Positions 42,410 through 56,720 of a stretch of DNA of 64,000 nucleotides are shown in pieces. Location of the stretch: assembly GCA_000165425.1 (NCBI GenBank), contig CT868429.1, positions 571,337 to 635,336 on the forward strand, read 5' to 3'. Made by a program: the position numbers and the translations under genes. Each line of letters begins with the position of its first letter. Position 1 is the first letter of the stretch. Source of the DNA: Paramecium tetraurelia (taxonomy: Eukaryota). The notes beneath the pieces were generated by a model. That model was not told where the DNA came from. It saw only the letters and a program-made list of their open reading frames with translations, and ran no database searches.

Positions 42410-44575
42410 TCATTATCCTCTCTTTTATTTTTTGAATTTGGCAATGATAGTTTCAATTTCATTAGGTGGAACTGGATCATGTCTTTTGTATTCAAGTGAG
42501 AATTCTCCTTATCCAGATGTAAATCCTCTCAATTCAGTTGCATATCCAAACATTTGAGACAATGGCACATCTGCATTTAATACAAACATATCTCCTCGAG
42601 ATTCAGTATTTGTAACTGATCCTCTTCTCTTGGCAATACCAACCATGGCTTGTTAATATGAGGGAGCTGGAACCATGATTTCAACTGCCATAACCGGTTC
42701 CAATATTTCAGGTCCTGCCTATCTAAAGGTTTGAGCGAATGCATATTTGGTTGCTGTCATGAAAGCATTTGAGGATGAATCTACAACGTGAGTTTCTCCT
42801 CCTTCTAAGACGAACCTAACATTAACAACAGGGTAACCAGTCAAAGGACCTTTGTCTACTGATTCATAGAATCCTTTTTCAACAGCAGTGATGTATTCAT
42901 TGGGTATACTTGTACCAATGACGTGATTTTCAAATTGATTAGAGAATTAGCCTTCTTCTAATTAGAGAGGTTCCATGTATCCAATAACTTTGGCATATTG
43001 TCCAGCACCTCCTGTTTACTTTTTATGCAAATAATCAAATTGTTATTTTTATGTGATAGTTTCTCTATAATTAACAGTTGGTTGACCCAAATGAACATCA
43101 ATTTCAAATTCTCTTCTCATACGTTCAGCATAGATTTGCAAGTGCAATTCACCCATTCCAGAAATAATGATTTCCTCACTTTCTTTATCCATATCAACAT
43201 TAAAAGTAGGATCCTCTCTCTAAAATTTAGATAAGGCCTTTTAGAACCTTGCAGAGTATTCCTTCTTAGTAGGTTTGATAGATAATGACATGACTGGTTA
43301 TGGAACAAACATACTAGAACATAATACTTGATAATTCATATCTCCATAGACAAGAGTGTCACCACTTGAACAATCTACTCCAAAGACAGCAAAGATATCT
43401 CCAGCTTCAACATCATTAATTTCTTCCATTTAATTTGCATGCATCTTAGCCATACGAGCAACCTTTACTCTCTTCTTAGTTTTCATATTATAAACATAAT
43501 CTCCTTTCTTTAATTTACCTTAATATACTCTAACATATGTCAATTATCCAAATTTATTTTCTTCTAACTTAAATGCATAACCAACAAATGGTAATTTAGG
43601 ATCTGTTTTAAATTCAATCTTTTTCTCTTCCTTTTAATCTAAAGATATTTAGAATCCAAAGTTTTATTTCTCTTCTGGAGCAGGTAAATAATCTACCACA
43701 CCATCCAAAGCCAATTAAACTCCCTTATTTTTATATGCACTTCCCATAAACACTGGGTAGAACTTGTGTTCTTAGCAATTCTTTCTAATGGATGCTTTTA
43801 ATTTCTCTTCACTGATTGGTTACTCATTCAAATATAAATCCTCTATCTCTGGATCAATACTTCCCAAAGTCTCAATCAATTCTTATCTCTTCTCCTTTGC
43901 TTCCTCCATGTATCTCTCTGGAACTTCTGTTTCCTTAACATCCTCTCCCTTTAATCCTTCGAAGAAATAAGCCTTCATTTTAATCAAATCTACTAACCCA
44001 TTGAATGTTTAATCCTATCCGATTGGTATTTGTACTGCTGCAACTGTTAATGACAATCTCTTTCTGATACTCTATAGAGCACTCCATGGATTTGCTCCCA
44101 TTCTATCCAATTTATTTATGAATATGATTCTTGGCACCTTATATCTTGACATTTATTTATGAACTGTCAATGTTTATGGTTGGACTCCTGCCACTCCACA
44201 AATCAGCAATACTCCACCATCAAGCACTCTCAATGCTCTTTCTACTTCTATGGTAAAATCAACATGTCCTGGAGTATCAATCAAATTCACTTAATGTCCT
44301 CTCCATTTCAAATGAGTTGCAGCACTTTAAATTGTAATTCCCTTTTCTTTCTCAAGTTCCATAAAATCCATTGTTGCTCCAGCTGAATCTGCTCCTTTTA
44401 CTTCGTGAATTTCATGAATTCTTCCACCATAATAAAGCACTCTTTCTGAAAATGTAGTTTTCCCAGAATCTATATGAGCTGAAACACCAATGTTTCTAAT
44501 TAACTTGTGGATAGGTTGACTAAACCAAAACATAGGAGTTCGCATAAATGACTTGAATCGGAATATATTATTCAT
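42410..44575 (-). CDS. GFM1: Mitochondrial elongation factor G1
   Basis: Transit-like N-terminus, [76 protein letters not shown]. 2166 nt = 722 codons, apparently intronless. Confidence 0.96.
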
Positions 44576-45142
44576 CTCTTTAATTTTTACGAGAATTAAA
44601 AATTTAATTTAATTTTTTCTTTTTTTTCTTTATCTATTCATCCTAACTCTTCTCTTTATTCCTCGTTAATTGTCACTACTTATTGACTCATCTTGAATTT
44701 ATTATTAAAAAACTAATTTAAATTTAAAATTCTATTCTCATCCTTCAATTTATTATCATATTAAAATTATTAATCAAAACAATAATAGACTATTAAAGTA
44801 TTCTCTTATCAAAATCCGTAAACTTAATATATTGTATCAATTTATTAAAGGAGACTTTTTAATTCTATCATTTAAAGTTAACTAATAAATTAGTTAAGAA
44901 CTAAATTTATATTATACGTTAAATAATTATAACTTAAATATAAAAAAATACATTTACAACCAAATTAGGCGGGATTGAAATTTTTTATTATATGATATTG
45001 TTAAAGGTAATTTAGATTCCTTGATAAATGGAATGCTTTAAATTTAAAAAATTTTCTAGTTTATAATTCACATAGCTAGAAATTTAAGTTAATTTGTGAA
45101 AAAGTTTTATTAATTTAAAGATGATCGTTAGTAATATTATAT

Positions 45143-45501
45143 TCATGAAACATACTCTTCTTCGAGGGTTGGAACCTCATCAAAATTGATATTATCTAAG
45201 TTGGCCAACATTGATTTTTCATAGACTTAGGCATAATGTGCTTGCTCTTCCTTTGCGTTTTAATCTAACTATTCGTCTATTTATTGTTCATCTAATATTA
45301 GTTAGATAATACCAACAATATTGCATTGCTCATCAAATTCTTTTATTAAATCATCGTATTCTAATTTGGCTCGCAATTCTCTAATGTTTTCAAATGTTTT
45401 AAATCTTATCTACTTTAAGTGCTTCTATGCATTTAATTCGATTTTCTATGATTAGAAGTACTACATACCAGCTTTGTTATTTCCATAGTTTTTTCTTCCA
45501 T
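45143..45501 (-). CDS. Small acidic hypothetical protein (about 104 aa)
   Basis: MEEKTMEITKLKIELNAQKHLKQIRFKTFENIRELRAKLEYDDL...EVPTLEEEYVS-TGA. Two canonical introns (23 and 21 nt) restore the frame. Confidence 0.7.
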
Positions 45502-45560
45502 TTTTCTGTAATAATTAGTTTAAATATTTTTTAAATAAAAAATAAATCCATTATTTTTGC

Positions 45561-46025
45561 ATGGTTCAAGTTAAGAGACAAGATAGAAGAAAAGTTTACG
45601 AATATTTGTTGTTGGAAGGTGTTATTGTAATTAAGAAGGTATACGATGAATTATATGATGATAGGACATGGCACTCCCATTACATGCTGAAACAGGAGTT
45701 AAGAATCTTGAAGTCTGGATGTTATTGAGAAGCTTAAGAGACAAAAAATTAGTGGATTTAGTATTTTCATGGCAATATTACTACTATTATCTCAAAGCAG
45801 AAGGTGTTAAATATGTAAGAGACAAATTGGGTATTATGTGAATTCTACATTTTCCTAGGTATCGTAGAAGATGTCATTCCTGCAACATTCAAAAAGGCTG
45901 ATAAGAAATTTGAAGATGATGCTCCCGAAACAAGATAAAGAGGTGGAAGAGGAGGAAGATCATTTGGAAGAGGAAACAGAGGAGCACCCAGAAGAAACGA
46001 AGAAACAGAATAGCCTGCCTAATGA
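45561..46025 (+). CDS. RPS10: 40S ribosomal protein S10 (eS10)
   Basis: MVQVKRQDRRKVYEYLLLEGVIVIKKD...VKNLEVWMLLRSLRDKKLVDLVFSWQYYYYYL...VIPATF, RG-rich tail; two introns. Confidence 0.95.
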
Positions 46026-46128
46026 GTATAATTACATAAGTATATTACATTATCCATCTTTTTTTTATTAGTTATCTATATTCACAAGAGTAAAGAATTC
46101 TTTAATAAAAGAAGAAATATAAATATAT

Positions 46129-48706
46129 TCAAGAGCCACAATTTAGGCAAACCTCAACTTCATCACCATCTTCAGTAACAATAATTTGAGGTTTCCCCTT
46201 CTTTACTGTTTTTCCTTCATTAGTAACGATCTTTTTAGATGCACTTTCATCAATCAACTCTTATTTAGATTATTATATTTTTATTTGCCCTCCTTCTTTT
46301 AATAGTGCTTCAACATCAACTGTGAATTTTATAGGATCTGCTGCAGGTCTAGTTCTCAGATAGTACATTCCTAATTATAATTATATTTTATACGTACCTG
46401 TTTTCAATCCCTTTTCCCATGCATAAAAATGCATAGATGTTACTTTAGACATAGTTGGTTCAGCCATGTGGATATTTAAGGACTGACTCTAATCAATAAA
46501 TGGGGCTCTGGAAGTTGCCAAATTCAATATAGCTTTTTAGGAGATCTCCCAAACTGTCTTATATAATTATTTGATATTAGTTGGAATCTCATCTATATTC
46601 TAGACTGAACCATTATTCATGATTAATTTATTCTTGATTTGGGGTGTCCATAAGTTTAATTCAATCAAATCATCAACTAAATGAGGATTGATGCAAACGA
46701 ATTCTCCTGCTAAAACTCTTCGTGTATAGATATTTGTTGTATAAGGTTCAAATGATTCATTATTTTATAGAATTTAACTTGTTGATGCTGTTGGCATAGG
46801 TGCAATTAATAAAGAGTTTCTCATTCCATACTTAACAATATTCTATTTGAGAGTATTCCAATCATATAATTTTGGACTCACACCCCACATATCAAATTGC
46901 AGAATTCCTTAGGAAGCAGGACTGCCTGCAAAAGTCTCATAAGGTCCAAGTTATTGTGCTAATTCTAAAGATCTTTCACATGCTCCATAGTAGATAGTTT
47001 CAAAGATTTTGGCATTCAATTCTAAGGCATCTTCTGAATCAAATGGGATTTTCATTCTTTGCAAAGCATCTGCAAATCCTTAGACTCCAATTCCAATAGG
47101 TCTATTTCTTTTATTGCTGTATTCTGCTTACTAAACAGGATAAAAGTTCAAATCAATGACGATATTCAGATTTGTTGTAATTATTTTTGTAATCTCTAAT
47201 AACTTATCAAAATTGAATGTTTTATCTTCTTTGATTAACTTTTACAAATTAATACTAGCAAGATTGCAAACAGCAACTTCATCAGGTGATGTATATTATA
47301 TGATTTCAGTGCATAGATTACTGCTTTTTATAGTACCTAGATTCTTTTGATTACTTTTTGAATTACAAGCATCTTTATATAACATATATGGTAATCCAGT
47401 TGATATTTGAGCATCAATTATTTCTTACCATAATTATCTTGCCTTCATTGTCACTCTACCCATATTTTTAGATTCATAATCAGTGTATAATTTGTTGAAT
47501 TCTTAACCATAACAATCTTAGAGACCTGGACATTCATTTGGACACATCAAAGTCCAATCTGAGTCATCTTTCACTCTTTACATAAATAGATCAGGTATCC
47601 ATAAACCTAAAAACAAATCTCTTGCTCTTTATTCTTCAATCCCATGGTTCTTTCTCAATTATAAGAAACTTATGATATCACTATGCCATGGTTCTAAATA
47701 AATAGCAAAGGATCCTTTTCTTTTGCCACCTCCTTAATCTACATATCTTGCTGTGTCATTGAACACCTTCAACATAGGCACCAATCCATTACTAATTCCA
47801 TTGGTTCCTCTAATATAACTATCTTATGATCTGATCTTAGATACGCTTAATCCTATGCCTCCTGCTGACTTACTGATTAGAGCACATCTCTTGAGTGTCT
47901 CATATATACCTTCAATTGAATCATCTACCATATCCAACAAAAAACATGATGACATTTAAGGATAAGGAGTACCACTATTAAATAATGTTGGTGTGGCATG
48001 AGTGAAGTACTTCTAAGACATTAAATGATAGGTCTAAAAGGCTGATTGAAGATCCTCCTTATGAATACCAATGCTGACTCTCATCAACAATTATTAAGGC
48101 CTTTCTATTGGCTTCTTGCCTTAATCGTTAGTAAATAGCTTCTTTCTAAAGTCTTAAAGCCAAAAAAGTCATATTGATAATCTCTTTCATAATTTATCTC
48201 TTTTTGAATGATATCCTTATTGTCCATTATTATTTTATAGACATCATCTGCAATCAATGGAGCTGGTCTACCGTATTTATCCTAGAATTTTTAACAAAAT
48301 TTACTGTGAAAGAATGCAATTTTATTGCCACTTCACTAAAGGATTCACTTGTTTCCTTATGAAGGTTGTTTGACTGCTATTCTTGCAGCCAATAAAGAAT
48401 ATTGAGGATGAACCAAATTCATATAAGCACATGTTTCTGCCGCCAAATTGTCTAATTATACAGTTGTTATTCCTAAAATAAATTCTTAGAATATTAAATA
48501 CCCTCATACATTCCTTGAATAACCTTCCACATTATTAAGTTTATATTGATATGCTATAGGTTTGAAGCTAAATTTTATAATCTTTCTGCTATTTTCTAAA
48601 TATCAATATTTTATTTTCCTCCATCTCTTTTTAAAACATATGATATATTTTTTTATTTTGCTAACTCTTATAAATGTTCAAAAGAATAATCAGGATCTTG
48701 ATCCAT
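46129..48706 (-). CDS. RRM1: Ribonucleoside-diphosphate reductase large subunit (two frame breaks in 5' part)
   Basis: ATP cone [76 protein letters not shown]-terminal CLNCGS-TGA. Frame breaks at about 48370 and 48125. Confidence 0.93.
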
Positions 48707-48805
48707 TTTTTATATATAAATATATTTTTAAACTAGACTTTACTTTAAATTATACAGCATTTGGCTCCAAAAGTTTTAGTTTGAAAATTATTTTATTATA
48801 AATTA

Positions 48806-51800
48806 TCAATAACGTTAACCTGGAGAGGTGAATCCACTACTATAAGTCAACTAAGATTCCGACAAGTCTCTTGGTTCGATATCCACCTCTTATTATGGTT
48901 TATAAAGTGAAAATTGTGATGATGATCCTGGGCTATAATATTATTACTGCCTTTTAGAATTATCCTGTGTTATATGCTAATATGAATTAAATTGTGTACT
49001 TGAATTATTTTTATTTTCAACTTCTTAATTGATTTGATCTCTTATTTACTATGTTCTTTTAAAAATCTCCTATTCCCTTTCTCTCAACATTGATTGCAAT
49101 TGTTCGTCATGTTCTCTTTCCCTTATATTTTACATTTCATCTCTTAATTGATTTCTTAATTAATTTATCTTCTCTCTTTCATCTTCAACCAACATTGAAG
49201 GTGAAAATTGTTGCTGCTTCTGGCTTGATTGAAAATCATACAATGCACTTGATAATTTTTAACTAGTCATTGGTTCTCTTACATCACCTGAGCTTTGTTC
49301 AAAATTATTTTGATAATTACTATTTTAATAGTAATTTGGTTAATATGGTTAATTTGAAAAACTCTATGATTTTTTATACTATTCCATTAATTACTACTCC
49401 TACATCCTCAATTTCTCTTAATGTTACTTGGCTATTCTCTCCATCTCCTATTCAAATTGTTACCTTCTCTATACACTACTTTATCTCTTTTTGTCCTCGA
49501 CTTGTTTCTTATCTCTCAATTATAATTCTTCCTTGCTGATCTATTCCTAGAATAATTGATCTCTTAACTTTTTTTCTCTTTCTAACTAAATCATCTTTAA
49601 ATCTTATTGAAACTAATTTATTCTCTCCTAATACTCAACTTCTTCTAACTAAGCCTCGTTTTCGAGTTCTTGAATTTATTGCATTCTTAACTACTTCAAC
49701 TATTCCACTTTTATTTATTATTGTTGTGAATCCATTTTCCATTATTCTTATTTAATTTAATCTAATAACTCCTTTTCCTTTGATCTAAACTCCAATTGAG
49801 ATTGAATTTTTCTTTGATTCTCTTACTTAGATCTTTGTTCCATTTGATGTTGAAATTTACTAAATATCTAATACTCTAAATTTTGTAATGCTTCCTCTTC
49901 TTACAATGAGACAATCCTAAAATTGTCAGCCAACTGAGTTTTTCTGAATTACTTATTTAAAAATTCCTATTCTTATTGTTACAAATCTAATTATTTTTAG
50001 ACTGCTGAATTCATATTTTTCTCTAAATTTTCCAATTATTTAATTCTTTACTATCTAACCTATTGATCCTATTAAAATTGCTTTTGGGCTCTCATTTCTA
50101 CTTAATAATCAAACATTTCCTGTCTATCTTTCTCCGCCTGCATAGTCAAGAGTTGTTTCTCCTAGAAGAGCTAATCCAATTGTTCCATCTATTGGGCCAT
50201 CTATTATAACCTTGAGATTTGTTGTTGCTTTTATATCAATCTTTATTCGTCCTCCTATAACTATTCCCTCACTCTCGCTTAATATTAGACACTTCCTTTT
50301 GGATAAATACTGAAGAGCTAATATTAATCCTTTTGTAATGGCAATAGAAATTATAAATTAATCTAATATTAATCCATATCCAATGATTTGCTCAGATAAA
50401 TTGTGCTCTCTATGAGTTTATCAATCTCAACTGTATTGCTTCTACCAAAAAAGAGGTCCAATTAATCTTGATCATTCATTTTCATAATGGTACTTTTAAA
50501 ATAAATAAAGTATTCCACCATGAATAATACAATCATCTAAGGTAAGTCATTGTACAATATCAAATGATCTATTAATTACAACCACTAGTTCTTTGTCAAT
50601 AGATTAGTATACAATGAGCGTATTGAAGGCCAGGCATATTTAATTGGAGAATATCCCAAATATTATTTCATGTGTTAATACAATTGAGGTTCTACTTAGT
50701 TGAATACTTGATCATGGAATTGTAATAAAGAAACAGGAGCATTAGGGAAATTTTCAAAAAATCTTTGGCAATGTTATATCAATAAGGAGAGTGTGGCTTC
50801 AAAAATCAATAATTCTTCTCCTCTTTTAAACAATTTAACAAATGGAAATACTAACTAAGGTAAATAATCAATCTCAGCGAATAAAGGACAATAGTAGGCC
50901 AAACAAGATAAAGTTCTTTATAATCTCGAAAACAAAGACTCACTCTATAAAGGATATTGATCTGCTAATTTTTAATAAGCTGGATGGACTCCTTGATTTA
51001 TTAAATTATTATATGCTTCTTAGTTCATTGGTAAATTAAGCAAAGATCTCCAAATCAAGCTCCTTTTATCATCTGGAAAAACATGATATTACTTTAAGAA
51101 TTATTGTAGTTTCTAATAATTTAAAAGTTCTTTCAAAGGATCTTCACTGTTCTTGTATATTTTCCCTAAAGTATAAGAATTGATAGGTTAAGTCATACTA
51201 TTCGATTTGCTGTTCTTTTTACTTACGGTTGATTAAGAAAAAGATCCTTATAAGGTATTTGTATTATTTCCAACTTTTTTGATGTCAATATTTGTTGTAG
51301 TGTTGTTAAAATTAAGAGTATCAGCATAATTTTCTTTAATCATAGTACTGACATTTACACCAATGGTTGAATTAAGATTCTAATTCTACTTGTTTAATTT
51401 ATTCAGATCATAAAGGGCTATCTCTCCAGTATTTAATATTATCGCAATCTTATTTTAATATACATCAAAGTGAGTAGGTGTTTTTCCTTACAAGATTTCC
51501 ATGCATTTTATAAGACTACCACTACTATCTACTTAGATAATCATGAAATTCTTAGTTAATATCAATATTTATTATTTTTTTATTGGTTTAACTAATAATG
51601 CACCATTGCCGTATCCTTAATTTACATCCTGAGTTATTAAATTATTATTATTATCTAAGATGTGAATTTTACTTGAATAGCAATTTATTATCAATCTTTA
51701 TCCATCTATAGATGGTACTAATTGACATTATTTGATATTAAATTATTCAGGTAGTTAGATTCTGCTAATTATTTCAAATGACGATAAATTCCAAATTGAC

Positions 51801-52367
51801 AAAGATTTATCTGCCATAACAGTGGCTAATTCAGTTGAAGACGGTAGAAAACTGGCTCCAACAAATATACTACCTTTTGAGAACAATGAATGAACTTTGT
51901 CAAAGGAGTCTAAGGAATGTAAAATACATTAATCTTGACTTACAGAAAGCAATAGATTTTAAGTGTGATTGGTATGCATACTTAAGATTTGATGTTCATG
52001 ACCTTTCAGGGTTTTCAAATTTCTCCCATCTTAATTTTTAGAATAGAAATATACTTTAACAAGACACAATTTGAATAGTTTTATTTTACAATGCAATTGC
52101 TAGTTAACCTCCTTTGTTATCAATATATGATATTAAATGAGCTGGACTAATTGTGGGAATGTTAATGTATCTATTTTTGTCATGATAAAAAATGAATGGA
52201 TTTCCTGATTAATCTATACAAACCAAGAAATCAAAATAGTAAACTATTTTAGGTTGGCTTTTCAATTTAATCAAATCAATCAAACCATTAATTGTTTACC
52301 CTTCTGGATTCATTAATGATCCATTCTTCACTGCTAGTGTATGCTACTATTAACCTTTGTTTTTCAT
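48806..52367 (-). CDS. Large protein with probable N-terminal beta-propeller and C-terminal Q/E/R-rich coiled coil
   Basis: Long code-6 reading from MKNKGQ... with beta-strand-rich repeats (e.g. TVMADKSLSIWN) followed by about 400 aa of charged coiled coil; ends SGFTSPGQRY-TGA at 48806. Confidence 0.6.
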
Positions 52368-53057
52368 ATTAATTTAAATTTTAAAATGTAAGTTATACTC
52401 ATAAAATTAAATAAATGTTTAAATGAAACCAATCAAATTTGAGTTAGAACTTCATTAAAAGTAAGTTCAGAACAATACTCAGAGAGTTGACAGTTCTACA
52501 TTTAGACTAGGAATTTAGGAAAATCTTCTGTAACAATTTTACACTTTATATATATAATGAACTTTTGAGTATTTTTTCGTTTTATATAATTATTTTATAT
52601 TGAATCAAATAATTAACTAATAATGATGATATTGATGTCCTATATTTACTTAATTCTTATTTTCCCTAATCACTAGTCACCTCTATAGACCTATCAGCAT
52701 TATAAATTTTTTCACATTATGTTTCCCCTTGTTTCACATAAATCAACAAGTGTTCAAATTTTATGATTAATATAAATGATAAAACTTATATTGATACTTA
52801 TTTTTTAAGTTAAATCATTTATTGTATTGAATACTTTATAAATTTGATGTTTGTTCTTCTAGAGTGTATTATTTTATATATAAAAATTATTATTCTTTAG
52901 AATTTAATTACTTTACATATTTTCAAGTAGGAGCCCTAAGGAGCATTTCAGTTTTGAGAATTTTGCAAAATGTGAAAAGGAGAAGGCAGTTTGAAATATT
53001 TATTATTTAAGTTTAGAAATAAGGACTTAAATGAAATAAATAAATAATTAAATAAAA

Positions 53058-55432
53058 ATGTAAAAAGCAAATATCATTTTTTTCTATGGACCACCAGCGA
53101 CTGCAAAATCTTATGTGGCCTAATAAGTTGCAAAATAAACAGGATATGTTTATTTCAACTTAGATGAATTCTATGCGAAAGTAAAAGCATAAACAGAAGT
53201 TGATAAATTGAACAAATTGATGTAAGTGTTCTAAGCTGAACCAAAAAACTATGTTGTTGATGGATTTCTAGATAAAAAGGCTTAAGCTGTAGTATTCTTT
53301 GAGCATTATCAAAAACCCAGATACGTCGTATATTTCTAATCTAGCAAAGACGAAGTTGAATAAAATATCAGATTATTGAGTACAGAGGAGCAAAAGAAAA
53401 GTCGTTTTTAGAGATTTAGCAGCTTCCTCTAAAATCGTGATGAACTGTTAGCTTATTTAAAGAAGTTTCAATTCTTTGTAACTGTCGATGCAGTATAAAA
53501 AGGATTGTCGAATAATTTTTAATAATCATCAGATTTAATAATCCAATCCATCATGAGTTTTTTAAAGCCAAAGGTTTTGGTAGCTCTCACCTATAATAAT
53601 GAGGAATTGGCAGAAGACTATTTGAATAAGTTAGAAGCCGAATTGGGATTTAAACATTTGCATTTGGAAACACTCTGTGAGGAAGAGTTGGCAAAGGGAA
53701 CCCCTTAAGGAAAATAAATGGGAGCCTTCCTTAACTCAGGTTAAGTTGTGCCACCATAAATGTAAATAGAATTATTGAGGAAATACTTGTATAATGATCC
53801 ACAATAGAATAAATTTGTTCTTACAAGTTTTCCTGAAAAATATTAGGAGTTTAGAACATTTGAGGACAAGTTATTTCCAATTACAGGATTGATCAATTTC
53901 TTAAAGGAAGGAAAGGCTGTGTCATTCTCTGCAAAAATAAATCCAGTGTTACATTACTCAGCAGAAGGCAAGAATCTGATCATTTAGAATGAAGATTTGG
54001 GACCCTTTTAGTCTTATTTAACAAAGAGAGTGAAATATGGAATTGTCATTGGCCCTGCAATGTCAGGTAAGACAACATTTGCTAAGTATATCTCATAAAA
54101 ATTCGGTTTTAATTTGATTGAATGGGGAGAAGCTGCAATTATTTAATTGAAAGAGAAGTTAAGCACAGTTCCTGGAGAATAAATAGAAGAATTGACATTG
54201 CCTATGATAATCAAATACTATAAGGATTTGTTTAGTAATGTCACAAATGAAAAGTATGTATTTGATGGGTATTGCATAATATTAATTTGTTAGATTCCCC
54301 CCAGGATGTGAAAAACCAGAGTAGATATTGTAGTTTTTAAATTTGGGATAAGCTAGTTGGGTGTTAAATATTGGATTAGACTAAGCTAATTATTCGATCA
54401 GATATAAAATCTGTACTGGAGCTGAACCTGGGCAAGATTTGACAGATGAGGACAAAGACAAGTTGATTACTAATGTTAAGGCACATGAGGATGTTGTAAA
54501 GTAAGCTTAAGTGTATGTGTAATCACAACCTGATTGTAAATTATTCAAATAGGACACAAATTATTCTTTGGAATAGAATTTAAAATCAATTGATTAGATA
54601 TTTGGAAAGAGAGTTTATTTGGCATCAATCTTAGCTAATTTGGATTCTGATATCTATGAAGCATTAAAGTTGATTTACATCAATATTGCTGCAAAATACA
54701 GAATGGCATTTGTTGATGTTGAATAATTGATAGCCAAGAACTTTGAAAAGTTATCCAACGATTATGAAATGAGATGGACTAAATAAAATTGTAAGAACCC
54801 ATCCAATTTCACTCCTGAAACAGTCATGAAATTAGTTAAGTAATACATAGATGATTTACCAATTCAAAGCAGGTAAGAATTCATATTAATTAACATATAG
54901 AGATGTATTGTTGTGGGGTTACATATCAGCTGATTAATAAGGAGATAAATAATAATAGGAACAGATATTCCCAAGAGCTACTGATGAATTAATGATGGTT
55001 GAGAAAACATTGGGATAGATTAAAGTCTTATATGCAATTACTGAACAACCATTAAATTCAGAAATCAATGATCCTGAATGGGTTTTAGAGAAACCAGAAG
55101 TTCCACCTCCTAAATAAGAAGGTGATGGTGGCGATGATGAACCAAAAGATGGAGGAAATGCAGATGGTGAAGAAAATGTTCCCAAATTTAACATTTATAA
55201 CTATCAATGGACCAAAAGTGAAGTTCCCAAAAACATGGCTTAGATATTCATGAAAGTCAAATAACCAAGTCCAGTATATAAAATTTATTAATTTTAGGTG
55301 CAACTTGAAGTGAGTGATTATAGCTTCAAATTAATTTATGATAACTTTGATGAGCTTTTCTAATCAATTTAAGAAAATAACGATCACACATATTATGCTT
55401 AGATATAATTACAATAACCAATTATGGATTGA
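53058..55432 (+). CDS. Multi-domain adenylate-kinase-like protein
   Basis: IIFFYGPPATAKS..YVVDGF; LGFKHLHLETLCEEELAKGTPQGKQ..GQVVPP..FVLTSFP; IVIGPAMSGKTTFAKYISQKFGF..YVFDGFP; and a fourth degenerate NMP-kinase unit. Short introns. Confidence 0.8.
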
Positions 55433-55475
55433 ATTATTCATTAAAAATATATATAATTCAATTAGTAAATAATCC

Positions 55476-56720
55476 ATGATAACTACATTTGTCTTGCTTA
55501 TTCTAACCATTCAAGCAAAACACAAACTAAAGAGTCATCCCTTTTCCAATAACCAAATCAAATTAAATAGACATACAACTATTGAATAAGCTCCCTTAGA
55601 TAATTATGCAAACATCATTTATTACATAAATGCAAGTTTTGGAACTCCAGAATAAGTATTCTCCATAGTTGTAGACACTGGATCAGTGGTAACAATATAT
55701 GCAAGCACTCTTAGACCACTTGGATATCAAATTAAACATGTGAAGGATGCATATTTCCAAGATTTGATCCAAATAAATCTACCACTTTGTAATAAGCTGA
55801 CGAAGATCATTCAATTAATTACAATATTGGTTCCTTGAGTGGAAAGTTTGTGTAAGATTATGTTAGTCTGACTAATGGCAATTTAAATGTCTCCATGAAA
55901 TTCATGTTAGCAAATGTATTCACTATGCCAGGAGTAACCAATCTTTATTAATTAGATATTAGATTAAATTCTAAGGTCTCTTAGGATTATCGAGTTATAA
56001 TGATAGATAAAACATTTTTGAATACGGCTATTAATAGAAATTATTGGAAACTTCAATGTTTGGTTTAAATTTGAATCGAAATCCATAATAGTCCATCTTG
56101 TTGTATAATAACTTTAGCCAAGATTACTTGGATTAAGTTGTTTGGATGCCAAATGTCCTTAACCATTAATGGGTATGTTTATGTAATCATTAAGATAGAG
56201 TATGAAAGTATATGGGTTTTTTATTAATGAGATTGATTTGACAGATAAGGTAACCTTAAAAAATGGAACTATTGCATTAATGGACTCAGGTTCCTCATGC
56301 TTATGGCTTGATGAAGAGATCATTAATTATATGTTGCATCGATACATTTTAGCCAACTGCATTAGTAGTTATTCTTGTCCCTGCAATTCACCTTTTTATC
56401 CAAATTTGAATATCTATTTGGCTGGAGTGAAAATTGAGATCACTCCTGAACATTACATGATTCCATCAGTTGGCTAATACTGCAAACCTTGTTTTTCAAA
56501 AGCTGGATAGACAACTCATGATTATACAATTTTGGGTGATCCTGCTATGCAAGCTATTATTAGCATTTATGACAAAGAAAACTAATAATTTGGTGTTTAT
56601 TAAGGAAATAAGCTCCATAAATTGTTAACATTTTAAATCATTTAGATATCTATGGCGATAATATAATTTGTTGCTTTATGTTTATTTAGTTATAAGTTTT
56701 ATTTATACAAACGAATTTGA
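55476..56720 (+). CDS. Pepsin-family (A1) aspartic protease with signal peptide and C-terminal TM
   Basis: MITTFVLLILTIQA signal peptide; YYINASFGTPEQVFSIVVDTGS; ALMDSGSS; ILGD; hydrophobic C-tail ISMAIIQFVALCLFSY; three introns. Confidence 0.92.

Noticed and set aside
44958..44985. E2F/CHR-like word ccaaattaggcgggattgaaa
   Set aside because: Single imperfect match about 400 nt upstream of the EF-G start; the similar word at about 42065 is inside coding sequence.
30502..48706. Apparent cell-cycle/DNA-metabolism cluster (TOP3B, TFIIIC-like, two cyclins, RNR1)
   Set aside because: Interspersed with unrelated genes on both strands; no shared motif supportable; ciliates lack operons.
52620..52720. 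C-box (ATGATGA) suggesting a C/D snoRNA
   Set aside because: No CTGA D-box or terminal stem at a suitable distance.
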